From positions 1-54,184 of the forward strand of contig JBNAWD010000038.1 of the NCBI GenBank assembly GCA_049699995.1: DNA of 54,184 nt, in the 5' to 3' direction. The position numbers and the translations under genes are program-made. This document shows, piece after piece, positions 33,510-43,288 of the stretch (position 1 is the stretch's first letter; each line of letters begins with the position of its first letter). The notes beneath the pieces were generated by a model, which saw only the letters and a list, made by a program, of their open reading frames with translations, was not told where the DNA came from and did no database searches. This stretch comes from Minisyncoccia bacterium (lineage in GTDB: Bacteria > Patescibacteriota > Minisyncoccia > UBA6257).

Positions 33510-35684
33510 TTAATTTTTCAGACTTCCTAAATCATATTCTATCTTTTTTATAATTCCATCTTGCCATCCAATGATAGATAATCTTTTGCCATCTTGAGAA
33601 AAACGGACATATCTTAAAATATAATCAAAAGTATCTATTTCTTTATCATTTAGCATTAAAGATAAAGACATCTTTTCTCCTTGAAAATCTGTTTTTGTAA
33701 GGAAATAAACAAAATATTGAGCATCAGGAGAAAAACCTATTAAGGTTAAGGGGCCCAACGGAGAATTAGAAGGACATAATATAAGTTTAGAATTAAATGG
33801 AGATTTTGTGTCAAATAAATAAAAGGCGCAAGGGATATTGTTATTTTCTGAAGAATCTAAAATTACAAAAGCCACTCCTTTCTCTCCTTTAGGAGAAAGT
33901 AGTATTTCAGCATGATCCTCGGGATCTAATTTGATCCAAGAATATTCAGAAGGGGGAAACTTTATTTCATGATCATTAACCTTTATGATGATATTATTAT
34001 CTTTTATTAATTGATAAGCTAAAACTTGTCCATCTCTTGATAAGATAGGATAATAATCTTCGATTTCATGTAAATAGAATAAAGAACCATCAAAATCATC
34101 GCCAAGTGGAGACAAATCTAAAACATCTATTACCTTCTCATTCAAAATAATAGGAAAGACCTTATCATCTCTATTTTCTTTTAAATAAGTAACTTTATCA
34201 GGATACTTAGAAGAAAGATCTGTTTGGATAATTTGGAAATCTTTGCTTTGAGGGTTTCCTTGATAAAATAAATAATAGTTAGAATTTCCTCTTGTAGCCA
34301 GATAAATAAAACAAGAAGGTTTTGAGAAATTGCTTAACGGAATCTTTTTTACTTCTTGGCCATTGAAAAAGACCGGGGCTTCTCCTTTTTCGTTTCGATA
34401 ATTTTGATAAAAAGATACTAAATATTGACTGTCAGGAGTAAATTTTATTAAACCATAAAATCCAATATCTTCTCTAAAAGGACCAAGAATATAATCTTCC
34501 GCTAGAATATAGTAATAATTATCTCCCTCAGAAAGATTCTCAACTACCAAAGCTAATTTCTGACTATCAGGGCTGAAAATAATAGCTCCACCTTTATGAA
34601 AATCAATATCCTTTTTGTCTAATAAAAAGGGGGTGTTATTTATGATTAAATATTTTTCATCATTTTTGGTCAAAAAATAGGCAAAATATTTGCTATTGGG
34701 ACTAAAGACTATATCATTTGGGACAAAAAAATGATCCCGGAACTCAAAGAAATCTGACGCATGGCGATTATAATTGATCTCGTAATTATCAGAAGTGATC
34801 TCGTAATTATCAGAAGAAGAATAATCAGGCCAAAACATTGAATAAGGTCCATACCTTTTTCCATCTAAAATCATATACCAATTTTCTCCTTCTTTGACAG
34901 CAAAGGCTAAATGTTTGTGGTCAGGAGAAATCTTCAAAAACTTTATATCATCATAAGGTTTACTGAGATAATTGTTAAAAATTAAATAAACTTTATCTGG
35001 TGAATAGGAAGGGTTATCGCCAATTTTAGCAATCAAAATGGGAGATGGCTGATTTTTAAGGTAGACATAGGAAGGATATAACTCACTGCCTAGATCCCGA
35101 TAATCTAGACCCTGATAATCTAGATCCTGATAATAATATTCGAAATAAATTTCTTTATTATAAGAAATAGACTCTGGTAAATGGCATACTAAGGAGGGGT
35201 TATTGTTTTGATAGAAAATAATATATTTGATATAGTTTGTTTTCCCATCTTTTTCCTGAGGACAACTTATTATCTGAGAAACAGGGTCTAAATTTTCTGT
35301 AGCAATAGTTGTATCAGAAATATCAATCTCTTTCTTTGGGCAAAGATTTTGATTTTTAAAATCTTTATAAGAAGAGCAGATTAAAGGAGTGTCTATTTCC
35401 TTTGATAATGATTTTTCTAAATCCACTTCCTCAAGGGGAGAGACAACTTTTAAAATCTCATTTAAGTTTTTAAAAGATGAAATTTGATAAATATTTTCAG
35501 GAGGGAAAATATTAGATAAAGGAGAAGTTATGGTGGTGGTAGGAGAAAAGTTTGGGGGCATCGGGATTTTTTGGACCTCTTTGAATTTTCGATATTGCAA
35601 AAATTGATGGTAAGAAAAATAGGAAAACAGAGAGAAGAATAGAATAAAAAATATAATGTTTGAAATTCTATTTTTGTTTTCCAT
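33510..35684 (-). CDS. Membrane-anchored protein with WD40-like (PD40/TolB-type) beta-propeller repeats
   Basis: It has an N-terminal TM segment. FSPD-type blades recur: ISPDHKHLAF, FSPNSKYFAY, FSPDSQKLAL, FTPDSQYLVS, FSPDAQYFVY and FSQDGKRLS. Confidence 0.7.
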   Translation of the reverse strand: MENKNRISNIIFFILFFSLFSYFSYHQFLQYRKFKEVQKIPMPPNFSPTTTITSPLSNIFPPENIYQISSFKNLNEILKVVSPLEEVDLEKSLSKEIDTPLICSSYKDFKNQNLCPKKEIDISDTTIATENLDPVSQIISCPQEKDGKTNYIKYIIFYQNNNPSLVCHLPESISYNKEIYFEYYYQDLDYQGLDYRDLGSELYPSYVYLKNQPSPILIAKIGDNPSYSPDKVYLIFNNYLSKPYDDIKFLKISPDHKHLAFAVKEGENWYMILDGKRYGPYSMFWPDYSSSDNYEITSDNYEINYNRHASDFFEFRDHFFVPNDIVFSPNSKYFAYFLTKNDEKYLIINNTPFLLDKKDIDFHKGGAIIFSPDSQKLALVVENLSEGDNYYYILAEDYILGPFREDIGFYGLIKFTPDSQYLVSFYQNYRNEKGEAPVFFNGQEVKKIPLSNFSKPSCFIYLATRGNSNYYLFYQGNPQSKDFQIIQTDLSSKYPDKVTYLKENRDDKVFPIILNEKVIDVLDLSPLGDDFDGSLFYLHEIEDYYPILSRDGQVLAYQLIKDNNIIIKVNDHEIKFPPSEYSWIKLDPEDHAEILLSPKGEKGVAFVILDSSENNNIPCAFYLFDTKSPFNSKLILCPSNSPLGPLTLIGFSPDAQYFVYFLTKTDFQGEKMSLSLMLNDKEIDTFDYILRYVRFSQDGKRLSIIGWQDGIIKKIEYDLGSLKN
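34776..34817. repeat. In-frame tandem 21-nt x2 repeat (SDNYEIT/SDNYEIN) in the PD40 protein gene
   Basis: GATCTCGTAATTATCAGAAGT at 34776-34796 is repeated at 34797-34817 with one mismatch at the last base. Confidence 0.85.
35091..35135. repeat. In-frame imperfect tandem 15-nt x3 repeat (YQDLD/YQGLD/YRDLG) in the PD40 protein gene
   Basis: The three units are TAGATCCCGATAATC, TAGACCCTGATAATC and TAGATCCTGATAATA. Confidence 0.8.
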
Positions 35685-35732
35685 AATTTATTTTTACTAT
35701 TTTACTTTTAAAAACTAAAATCAAGAATCCTT

Positions 35733-38700
35733 CTACCCTTCTAATGGTTTTATTTCTTCCAATCTTTCACCAATTAATTGATAAACTCCATTCTTCTGCT
35801 CTAATCTCCCCTCCACTAATATTACTTTATCTTCTTCTAATAATGATAAATGATTTTCTAAAATAGAGGGATAGAGAACCACTTCTATTGAGTGGTTATA
35901 ATCAGAAACTTGAGTAAAGACCATTTTTTGGCCTAGTTTTGTTCTAATCATTTGGATCTTGGAAATAAAACCGCAAACTTTAATCCTTTTTCCCAATAAC
36001 GTTGAATTTAAATCTGTAATCTTAAAGGCGATTTTCCCTAAAAAATTTTTATAATCATCTAAAGGGTGAGCAGTCATATAAAGACCTAAAAGTTCTTTTT
36101 CCCAACTCATCCTCTTCTTTTTATCCGGCAAGGGTTCTTTGTATTTTTTCTTTAATTTTTCATAAATATCCTCCTCTTCTTGAAAAAGAAACATTTGGGG
36201 TCTTAAATTATGATTATTTTTGTTATTCCAACTTAAAATTTCCTCCAAATGATCGACCATCAATTCCCGAGAACCAAAACAATCCATTGCTCCTGATTTA
36301 ATTAAGCTTTCTAAAGATTTTTTATTAATGACCTGCTTCGGCATCCGTTTCAAAAAATCCGTTAAATTTTTATAGGGTCCATTTTTTTGTCTTTCTTCTT
36401 GAATAATATTGGCGACACCAACGCCCACATTTTTAATAGCGGATAGCCCAAAGTGAATATGACCTGTTTCTTTATTGATTCCAAACTCGACAAAAGATTC
36501 ATTAACTGATGGCGGCAAAACTTTAATTTTTAATTTTTCACATTCATTAATTTCTAAGGCTATTCTATCCAGATTACCAAAATCAGAAGTCAACAAGGCA
36601 GCCATAAAAGCATTCGGATAATGAGCCTTTAGCCAAGCGGTTTGATAGGTAATGCGGGCATAAGAGGCTGCATGGGCGGCATTAAAACCATAGCGGGCGA
36701 AAGGCTCAATCCATTCCCATAAACGATGGGCAATTTTTTTCTCGATACCATTTTTAATCAAACCTTCAATAAATTTTGTCTTTTGCGCTTCTAATAAAGA
36801 TTTTATCTTTTTTCCCACTGCTTTTCTTAAAATATCCGCTTCTCCCATGGTAAAACCAGCCAAATCATGGGCGATTTTCATTAACTGTTCTTGGTAAACA
36901 CAAATGCCGTAAGTTCTTTCTAAAATTGGCTTTAATTTCGGATGTAAATATTCGATTCTCTCTAAACCATGTTTTCTTCTAATATAAGAAGGAATAAATT
37001 CCATTGGTCCCGGTCGGAACAGAGCAATCATTGCAATAATGTCATCAAATTTAGTTGGTTTTAACTCTTTTAAATACTTTCTCATTCCTTGCGATTCTAC
37101 TTGAAATACTCCAATTGTCTCTCCTCTAGACAAAAGCCTATAAACTAAAGGGTCATCAAAGCCTAATTGATCCAAGCTTATTTCTTTGCCATAAACTTTT
37201 CGGATAATCCGCAAAGTGTTTTTGATAATCGTTAGATTGGCTAAACCTAAAATGTCAATTTTTAAAAGACCTATTTTTTCTAAAGAATACATATCGTATT
37301 GGGAAACAATTTCTTTTTCTGACCGAGATGAATGTTGCAAAGGCAAATAATGGGTTAATGGTTCCCGGGAAATGACAATTCCAGCCGCATGAGTGGAAGC
37401 ATGTCGAGCTACTCCTTCTAATTTTTTTGCCATCTCTATTACTTCTCGGGCATCTTCATTTGTTTCATAAAGTTCTCTTAACTCAGGAATAGTTTCTAAA
37501 GCTTTTTCTAAATCTAAATTAAAAGGAATTAATTTGGAGATTTTATCCCCCAAAGAATAAGGTTTCCCCAATGCTCGACAAACATCCCGCACAGCCAATC
37601 TGGCTTTCATTATTCCGAAAGTCACGATTTGGGCAACGTGATCTTGGCCGTATTTTTTGGTTAAATATTCGATCACCTCTTGCCGGCTAGCGTCAGAAAC
37701 ATCTAGATCAATATCAGGAGGTTGAATTCTTTCCGGATTTAAAAATCTTTCAAAATAGAGATTATATTTTAAGGGATCAATGGCCGTAATTCTTAAAACA
37801 TAAGCCACTAATGAACCGCCAGCCGATCCTCGAGTATTGGTCGGAATTCCCCTCTCGCGGGCAAAGCGAATAATATCATAAATAATCAAGAAATAGTCGC
37901 TAAAACCTGTCTTTTTTATGACCTCTAATTCATATTCTAGTCTTTGGATAGCTTCTTGATTATCTTTTGAATACTTTTGGAAAAGCCCTTGATAAGCTAA
38001 TTCTTTTAAATATTCAAAAGAATCTTTTCCCCCCGGAACCTCAAAATAAGGTAAAATTACTTTTCCTAAAGGAATTTCCAAATTACAGGCATCAACAATT
38101 TTTTTGATATTTTCAAATAATTGAGGATAAGAAGAAAAATCCTTTAATATTTCTTCTTTGCTCTTAAAATGCAGGTTCATCTGGGCCATGGTAAATCTTT
38201 CTTTCTCATCAAAGGAAGAATTAGTTTGAACAGCCAATAAAACTTCATGAGCTTTTTTATCCTCGGGATTTAAATAGTGAATATCAGTGGTTATAATGGC
38301 CGGAATTCCTGTTTCCTCGGAAATTTTTAATAAATTTTTATTTATCTTTTCTTGATCATCCATTTCCGGGTGATGCTGTAATTCCAAATAGAAATTACCT
38401 TGGCCAAAAATCTCTTGATATTCTAAAGCCGTTTCTTTTGCTTTTTCGTAATTATTTTGTAAAATAAGCTTGGCTATTTCTCCTTGGGCGCAAGCTGATA
38501 AACCAATCAAACCTCGGCAATGCTTCCTTAATAACTCCTTGTCAATTCTTGGTTTATAATAAAATCCTTCCAACTCCGAAATAGTGACTAATTTTAAAAT
38601 ATTCTGGTAGCCTTCATAATTTTTAGCCAACAGCACTAAATGGGACAAGTTAGTGTCAATTTTCGGCACCTTATCAGAAAGTTTTCTTGGCGCGATATAA

Positions 38701-38900
38701 ACTTCTACCCCAATAATTGGTTTAATACCCATCTCTTTTGCTTTGTTGTAGAATTCTATGGCTCCGTATAAAACCCCATGATCGGTTAAAGCCAAAGCAT
38801 CAAAACCAAATTCTTTTGCTTTTAACAGCAATTTCTCTGGTTGAACCATCCCATCTAATAACGAATAATGAGAGTGAGTATGTAAATGAGTGAAGTACAT
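35733..38900 (-). CDS. dnaE: DNA polymerase III alpha subunit
   Basis: It has a PHP-domain N-terminus (MYFTHLHTHSHYSLLDG), a polymerase core and an OB fold. I prefer the start at 38900 over the 23-codon extension in the track ORF (38969). Confidence 0.95.
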   Translation of the reverse strand: MYFTHLHTHSHYSLLDGMVQPEKLLLKAKEFGFDALALTDHGVLYGAIEFYNKAKEMGIKPIIGVEVYIAPRKLSDKVPKIDTNLSHLVLLAKNYEGYQNILKLVTISELEGFYYKPRIDKELLRKHCRGLIGLSACAQGEIAKLILQNNYEKAKETALEYQEIFGQGNFYLELQHHPEMDDQEKINKNLLKISEETGIPAIITTDIHYLNPEDKKAHEVLLAVQTNSSFDEKERFTMAQMNLHFKSKEEILKDFSSYPQLFENIKKIVDACNLEIPLGKVILPYFEVPGGKDSFEYLKELAYQGLFQKYSKDNQEAIQRLEYELEVIKKTGFSDYFLIIYDIIRFARERGIPTNTRGSAGGSLVAYVLRITAIDPLKYNLYFERFLNPERIQPPDIDLDVSDASRQEVIEYLTKKYGQDHVAQIVTFGIMKARLAVRDVCRALGKPYSLGDKISKLIPFNLDLEKALETIPELRELYETNEDAREVIEMAKKLEGVARHASTHAAGIVISREPLTHYLPLQHSSRSEKEIVSQYDMYSLEKIGLLKIDILGLANLTIIKNTLRIIRKVYGKEISLDQLGFDDPLVYRLLSRGETIGVFQVESQGMRKYLKELKPTKFDDIIAMIALFRPGPMEFIPSYIRRKHGLERIEYLHPKLKPILERTYGICVYQEQLMKIAHDLAGFTMGEADILRKAVGKKIKSLLEAQKTKFIEGLIKNGIEKKIAHRLWEWIEPFARYGFNAAHAASYARITYQTAWLKAHYPNAFMAALLTSDFGNLDRIALEINECEKLKIKVLPPSVNESFVEFGINKETGHIHFGLSAIKNVGVGVANIIQEERQKNGPYKNLTDFLKRMPKQVINKKSLESLIKSGAMDCFGSRELMVDHLEEILSWNNKNNHNLRPQMFLFQEEEDIYEKLKKKYKEPLPDKKKRMSWEKELLGLYMTAHPLDDYKNFLGKIAFKITDLNSTLLGKRIKVCGFISKIQMIRTKLGQKMVFTQVSDYNHSIEVVLYPSILENHLSLLEEDKVILVEGRLEQKNGVYQLIGERLEEIKPLEG

Positions 38901-38998
38901 AGTTCTCTCTTGCAAAATCTTTCCTATTTTATCATAGAAAAATTTTAAAAGAAAAATTTTTCTTGACAAATTAAAAATTTTCTCTCTCCATTAAAAAA

Positions 38999-39652
38999 AT
39001 GAATTTTAATTTTGAAAAATTTTTATTTAAAAAAGGATTTCAAATCATTATTGGATTGGATGAAGCCGGCCGGGGACCTTTAGCCGGTCCTGTTTATGCG
39101 GGAGCAGTTTTAATCCGAAAGAAAGATTTAAAAAAACTAAAAAAATACAAAAAAGTTATTGAAGCTGTTAGGGATTCAAAAAGGTTAAAAGAAAACATTA
39201 GAAAAGAAATTTTTGATTTCTTTAATCAAGCAAAAGTTTTGTCATTTTCTTTTTCTTTTGTTTCGGAAAAAATTATTGACAAAATAAACATTGAAAGAGC
39301 AACAAAAAAAGCAATGAAAAATTGTTTAAAAAAATTTAATCTCCCTTTAAAATGTTTTAAAAAAACTGTGATTTTAATCGACGGCAATAAAATTTTGGAT
39401 GAAAATATTCCTATAAAGCAAATTCCTATTATCAAAGGAGATGATAAAATTTTTACTATCGCTTTAGCTTCTATTATTGCTAAAGTAAAAAGAGATGATA
39501 AAATGAAAAAATTATCTAAAAAATATCCTTTTTATAAATTTGAAATTCATAAAGGCTATCCAACAAAACTACATTTAGAATTATTAAAAAAATACGGTCC
39601 TTGTCAAATTCACCGAAAAACTTTTAATCCAATAAGATTTATTGATTTATGA
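38999..39652 (+). CDS. rnhB: Ribonuclease HII
   Basis: It has IIGLDEAGRGPLAGPV and a DSK motif. Confidence 0.9.
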   Translation: MNFNFEKFLFKKGFQIIIGLDEAGRGPLAGPVYAGAVLIRKKDLKKLKKYKKVIEAVRDSKRLKENIRKEIFDFFNQAKVLSFSFSFVSEKIIDKINIERATKKAMKNCLKKFNLPLKCFKKTVILIDGNKILDENIPIKQIPIIKGDDKIFTIALASIIAKVKRDDKMKKLSKKYPFYKFEIHKGYPTKLHLELLKKYGPCQIHRKTFNPIRFIDL

Positions 39653-40569
39653 AAAAACTTTTAGTAATTTTAGGGCCAACATCGTCTGGAAAATCAGATC
39701 TTGCAATTAAAATAGCCAAAAAATTTAAAGGAGAAATTATTTCCGCTGACTCTCGGCAAGTTTATATTGGAATGGATCTGGGAACTGGCAAAGTAAAAAA
39801 AGACAAGAATAAAAAGTCAAATTTTTATTATAGCCAAGGAATTCGTCATCATTTATTAGATGTTGTAAGCCCAAATAAATATTTTTCTGTTTACCAATAT
39901 CAAAAATTAGCAAAAAAGGCGATAAAAGATATTTTAAAGCGAAAAAAATTGCCAATTCTATGCGGAGGCACTGGCCTTTATATCTCTTCCGTTATTGAAA
40001 ATTGGCAATTTCTTAAAATAAAACCGGACTTTAAATTAAGGAAGAAATTGGAAAAATTATCCGCAAAAGAATTATTTCAAAAAATAAAAAAAATAGACCC
40101 AAAAAGGGCTAAAAATATCGATCCGAAAAACAAAAGGCGTTTAATCAGAGCAATAGAGATTGCTCTTCAATTAGGAAAAGTTCCGCCATTAGAAAAGAAA
40201 CCATTAAAAATGGATATTCTAATTTTAGGGATTAAAAAAGAGAGAGAAGAATTAAAAAAACTGATTAAAAAAAGATTAGAAAAGAGGTTGAAGGAAGGAA
40301 TGATTGAAGAAGTAAAAAAATTAAAAGAAAAAGGAGTTTCTAATGAAAGATTGGAAAGTTTTGGTCTAGAATATCGCTATATTAATCGCTATTTAGAAAG
40401 GAAAATAAACTTTGAAGAAATGAAAAAACAATTATTAAAAGCAATTATTGATTATGCCAAAAGACAAATGACTTGGTTTAAAAAAATGGAAAATGTTTAT
40501 TGGATTAAAGACGAAAAAGCAGCCTTAAAGTTAACAAAAAATTGGTTAAAAAATTCTACAAAGAATTAA
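39649..40569 (+). CDS. miaA: tRNA dimethylallyltransferase
   Basis: It has the P-loop GPTSSGKS and SADSRQVYIGMDLGTGK. Its start overlaps rnhB by 4 nt. Confidence 0.92.
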   Translation: MKKLLVILGPTSSGKSDLAIKIAKKFKGEIISADSRQVYIGMDLGTGKVKKDKNKKSNFYYSQGIRHHLLDVVSPNKYFSVYQYQKLAKKAIKDILKRKKLPILCGGTGLYISSVIENWQFLKIKPDFKLRKKLEKLSAKELFQKIKKIDPKRAKNIDPKNKRRLIRAIEIALQLGKVPPLEKKPLKMDILILGIKKEREELKKLIKKRLEKRLKEGMIEEVKKLKEKGVSNERLESFGLEYRYINRYLERKINFEEMKKQLLKAIIDYAKRQMTWFKKMENVYWIKDEKAALKLTKNWLKNSTKN

Positions 40570-42028
40570 TTTTTTCTTTTATAATTGAGGCTAAATCCTG
40601 AACATTAACCGCCCCTTTTAATTTTTTCATTGCTTGGCCGATTAAGAATTGCAAGGCGTTTTCTTTTCCTTTTTTATAATCTTGAACCGCTTGCTGATTT
40701 TCAGCTAATACTTCTTGAATAGTGTTTTCAATCATGCCGTGATCCTCTATTTTTTCCATCCCTCTTTCTTTGATTATCTTTAATGGATCTCCACCACTTT
40801 GAGAAATCTCAATCAATAAATCTTTCGCTACCCGCGAAGAAATTTTGTCTTCTAAAAGCAGAGCGATAATCTGAGCAAAATCAAATGGGGTGATTTTTAA
40901 TTGATTAAAATCTATTTTATTTTTTTGGATAATCCCTAAAATATCCGTTGATAAATAATTAAAAGCCAATTGATAAATTTTTTCATCCTTTGTTTTTTCT
41001 TTTAATAATTTGATTGTTCTTTCGTAAAAGTCGCACAGAAAAGGTGATTTTAAAAACAGATTAGCAGAAAGGGAGTTTAATCTATAATCTTTCATTATCC
41101 TTATTTTCTTTTCCCATGGCAATTCCTTTATCTCCTTTTTTATTTCTTCTAAAGAAAAATATTCAAAAACCTTTAAAGGCGGAAGATCCGGTTCTGGAAA
41201 ATACCTATAATCTTGAGCTTCTTCTTTAAATCTTTGAGAATAAGTAATTCCTTTAACATCATCCCACCCTCGAGTTTCTTGGATAATTTTTTCTCCATTT
41301 TCCAAAAGTTTTTTTTGCCGTTCTATTTCAAAAGCAATTGCTCCTTCCACTGCCCTAAAAGAATTTAAATTTTTTATTTCTACTTTTGTTCCCAAATTAT
41401 TTTCTCCCTTTTTTCTTAAACTAATATTTACCTCACAACGCATTTGCCCTTTTTCCATGTCAGCGTCAGAAACATCTAATTCTTTAAACAATAAATGAAG
41501 ACTCTCGGCAAAAATTCTGGCTTCTTTGGCCGAGTGAATAACCGGTTCAGTTACTAATTCCATTAATGGAACTCCCGCTCGATTAAAATCAATTAGAGTC
41601 GAAGTTTTGTCCTCTGCGTGAACTAATTTAGCAGTATCTTCCTCTAAATGAATTCTTCGAATTTTAATCCTTGGGAGCTCTAAATTATCTTCTTCTGTTA
41701 AAAATAAGGGTAATTCTCCGTTTAAACATAAAGGTTGGTCGTATTGAGAAATTTGGTAACCCTTTGGTAAATCCGGATAAAAATAATTTTTTCGATCGAA
41801 TTTTGATAAATTTAAAATATTGCAGTTCAAAGCCAAACCCACTTTTAAAACTAATTTAACCGCTTCTTCATTGATAGTTGGTAAAACTCCGGGATGACCA
41901 AGACAAACGGGACAAATATTAACATTGGGGATTTTCTCCCTTGAATTATTTAAACAGGCGCAGAACATTTTTGTCCTCGTTTTTAACTCCGTATGAATTT
42001 CTAAACCAATGACTGGTTCGTATTCCAT
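40556..42028 (-). CDS. gatB: Asp-tRNA(Asn)/Glu-tRNA(Gln) amidotransferase subunit B
   Basis: It has the N-terminus YEPVIGLEIHTELKT and a GatB/YqeY C-terminal domain. It is 490 aa long. Confidence 0.95.
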   Translation of the reverse strand: MEYEPVIGLEIHTELKTRTKMFCACLNNSREKIPNVNICPVCLGHPGVLPTINEEAVKLVLKVGLALNCNILNLSKFDRKNYFYPDLPKGYQISQYDQPLCLNGELPLFLTEEDNLELPRIKIRRIHLEEDTAKLVHAEDKTSTLIDFNRAGVPLMELVTEPVIHSAKEARIFAESLHLLFKELDVSDADMEKGQMRCEVNISLRKKGENNLGTKVEIKNLNSFRAVEGAIAFEIERQKKLLENGEKIIQETRGWDDVKGITYSQRFKEEAQDYRYFPEPDLPPLKVFEYFSLEEIKKEIKELPWEKKIRIMKDYRLNSLSANLFLKSPFLCDFYERTIKLLKEKTKDEKIYQLAFNYLSTDILGIIQKNKIDFNQLKITPFDFAQIIALLLEDKISSRVAKDLLIEISQSGGDPLKIIKERGMEKIEDHGMIENTIQEVLAENQQAVQDYKKGKENALQFLIGQAMKKLKGAVNVQDLASIIKEKINSL

Positions 42029-42038
42029 TAATTAAAAA

Positions 42039-42464
42039 TTATTCTTCTATTTCAATGCCCATACTTCTGGCTGTTCCTTTAACCATTTCTATGGCTGATT
42101 CCAAATTATCAGTATTTAAATCTTTTATTTTCCTTTTAGCTATTTCTTCTAATTGCTTTTTATTAACCTTTCCTACTTTTTGCCTTAAAGGGTCAGAAGC
42201 TCCCTTTTCAATCCCCGCTGCCTTTTTTAAAAGATAAGAAACAGGGGGTTCTTTAAAAGTCAAATCAAAAGATCTGTCTTGATAGATAAATATTTCTACC
42301 GGGATTACCTCTCCCATTTTATCTTTTGTAGCCTCATTGAAACGAGAACAAAATTCTTGAATGTTGACCCCGTGTTGGCCCAAAGCCGGTCCCACTGGTG
42401 GCGCAGGAGTCGCTTGCCCGCCGGGGATTTGTAAACTTAATTTTGCTTTTATTATTTTAGCCAT
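42039..42464 (-). CDS. rplK: 50S ribosomal protein L11
   Basis: The diagnostic motif is [18 protein letters not shown]. Confidence 0.97.
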   Translation of the reverse strand: MAKIIKAKLSLQIPGGQATPAPPVGPALGQHGVNIQEFCSRFNEATKDKMGEVIPVEIFIYQDRSFDLTFKEPPVSYLLKKAAGIEKGASDPLRQKVGKVNKKQLEEIAKRKIKDLNTDNLESAIEMVKGTARSMGIEIEE

Positions 42465-42466
42465 AA

Positions 42467-43012
42467 TTATATTTTCTCAATTTGTAAAAAATCTAAATCA
42501 ACAGGCGTATCTCGACCAAACAAAGAGACCAATACTTTAACCCTCCCCCTTTCTTCGTCAATTTCGCTTACTTTCCCTTCTTTTCCTTTAAAGGGGCCGT
42601 CGGTAATTTTAACCAAATCGCCAATCCTAAAAATAATTTTATATTTTGGTTCTTCGCCTCCTATTCTCCTTAAAATTTCTTGCATTTCTTCCGGATCAAC
42701 GGGCCGAGGAGTTGTTCCGCTGCCAACAAAACCTGTCACCATAGGCGTATTTCTAACTATATACCAAGAATCATCGGTAACAATCATATCAACAAAAACA
42801 TAACCAGGATAAATTTTTTCTTCAACCACCATCCTTTTCCCATTTTTTATTTTCACCTTCTTTTCTTTTGGCACTAAAACATTAAAAATTTTATCTTGAA
42901 AGCCAAAAGCTTCCACCCTTTGTTGAAGGCTTTTGGCAACGGCATCTTCATAACCCGAATAAGTGTGAATAACATACCAATTTCTTCCTAAATTAATCTG
43001 CTGCTTAGGCAT
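42467..43012 (-). CDS. nusG: Transcription termination/antitermination protein NusG
   Basis: It has the NGN N-terminus [11 protein letters not shown] and the KOW motif [18 protein letters not shown]. Confidence 0.95.
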   Translation of the reverse strand: MPKQQINLGRNWYVIHTYSGYEDAVAKSLQQRVEAFGFQDKIFNVLVPKEKKVKIKNGKRMVVEEKIYPGYVFVDMIVTDDSWYIVRNTPMVTGFVGSGTTPRPVDPEEMQEILRRIGGEEPKYKIIFRIGDLVKITDGPFKGKEGKVSEIDEERGRVKVLVSLFGRDTPVDLDFLQIEKI

Positions 43013-43017
43013 ATTTT

Positions 43018-43212
43018 TTAAGTAATAATCAATTTCATTGCTATTAATAATAAATAATCAAGCAAACCTAACCCCAAAGCAACTACCAATGACAAAACTA
43101 TCACTGAAAAAGTGTTTCTTAAGGCTTCTTTTTTAGTGGGCCAATTGACCTTTTTTAATTCCAAAAAAGAGCTCTTAAAATAATCCTTTAATTTTTGGTA
43201 GTATTTTTTCAT
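43018..43212 (-). CDS. secE: Preprotein translocase subunit SecE
   Basis: The 64-aa protein has ELKKVNWPTKKE and a single C-terminal TM segment. It sits in the conserved secE-nusG-rplK order. Confidence 0.9.
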   Translation of the reverse strand: MKKYYQKLKDYFKSSFLELKKVNWPTKKEALRNTFSVIVLSLVVALGLGLLDYLLLIAMKLIIT

Positions 43213-43218
43213 TTTTTT

Positions 43219-43238
43219 AAAAAAGCCCTTTCAGGGCT
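43219..43238 (-). terminator. Short hairpin + T6 between htpX and secE
   Basis: AGCCCT-TTC-AGGGCT is followed on the minus strand by TTTTTT. It lies downstream of the frame-corrected htpX stop. Confidence 0.45.
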
Positions 43239-43288
43239 AAGAATAGAATACTAAATTATTTTCTCTTTGTCAAATTAAAATTTAAATT

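Noticed and set aside
43268-43273. A TTGACA hexamer (minus strand) just after htpX as a secE promoter.
   Set aside because: It lies upstream of the hairpin + T6 at 43219-43238, so a transcript from it would meet a terminator-like structure before secE. I kept only the hairpin call, at low confidence.
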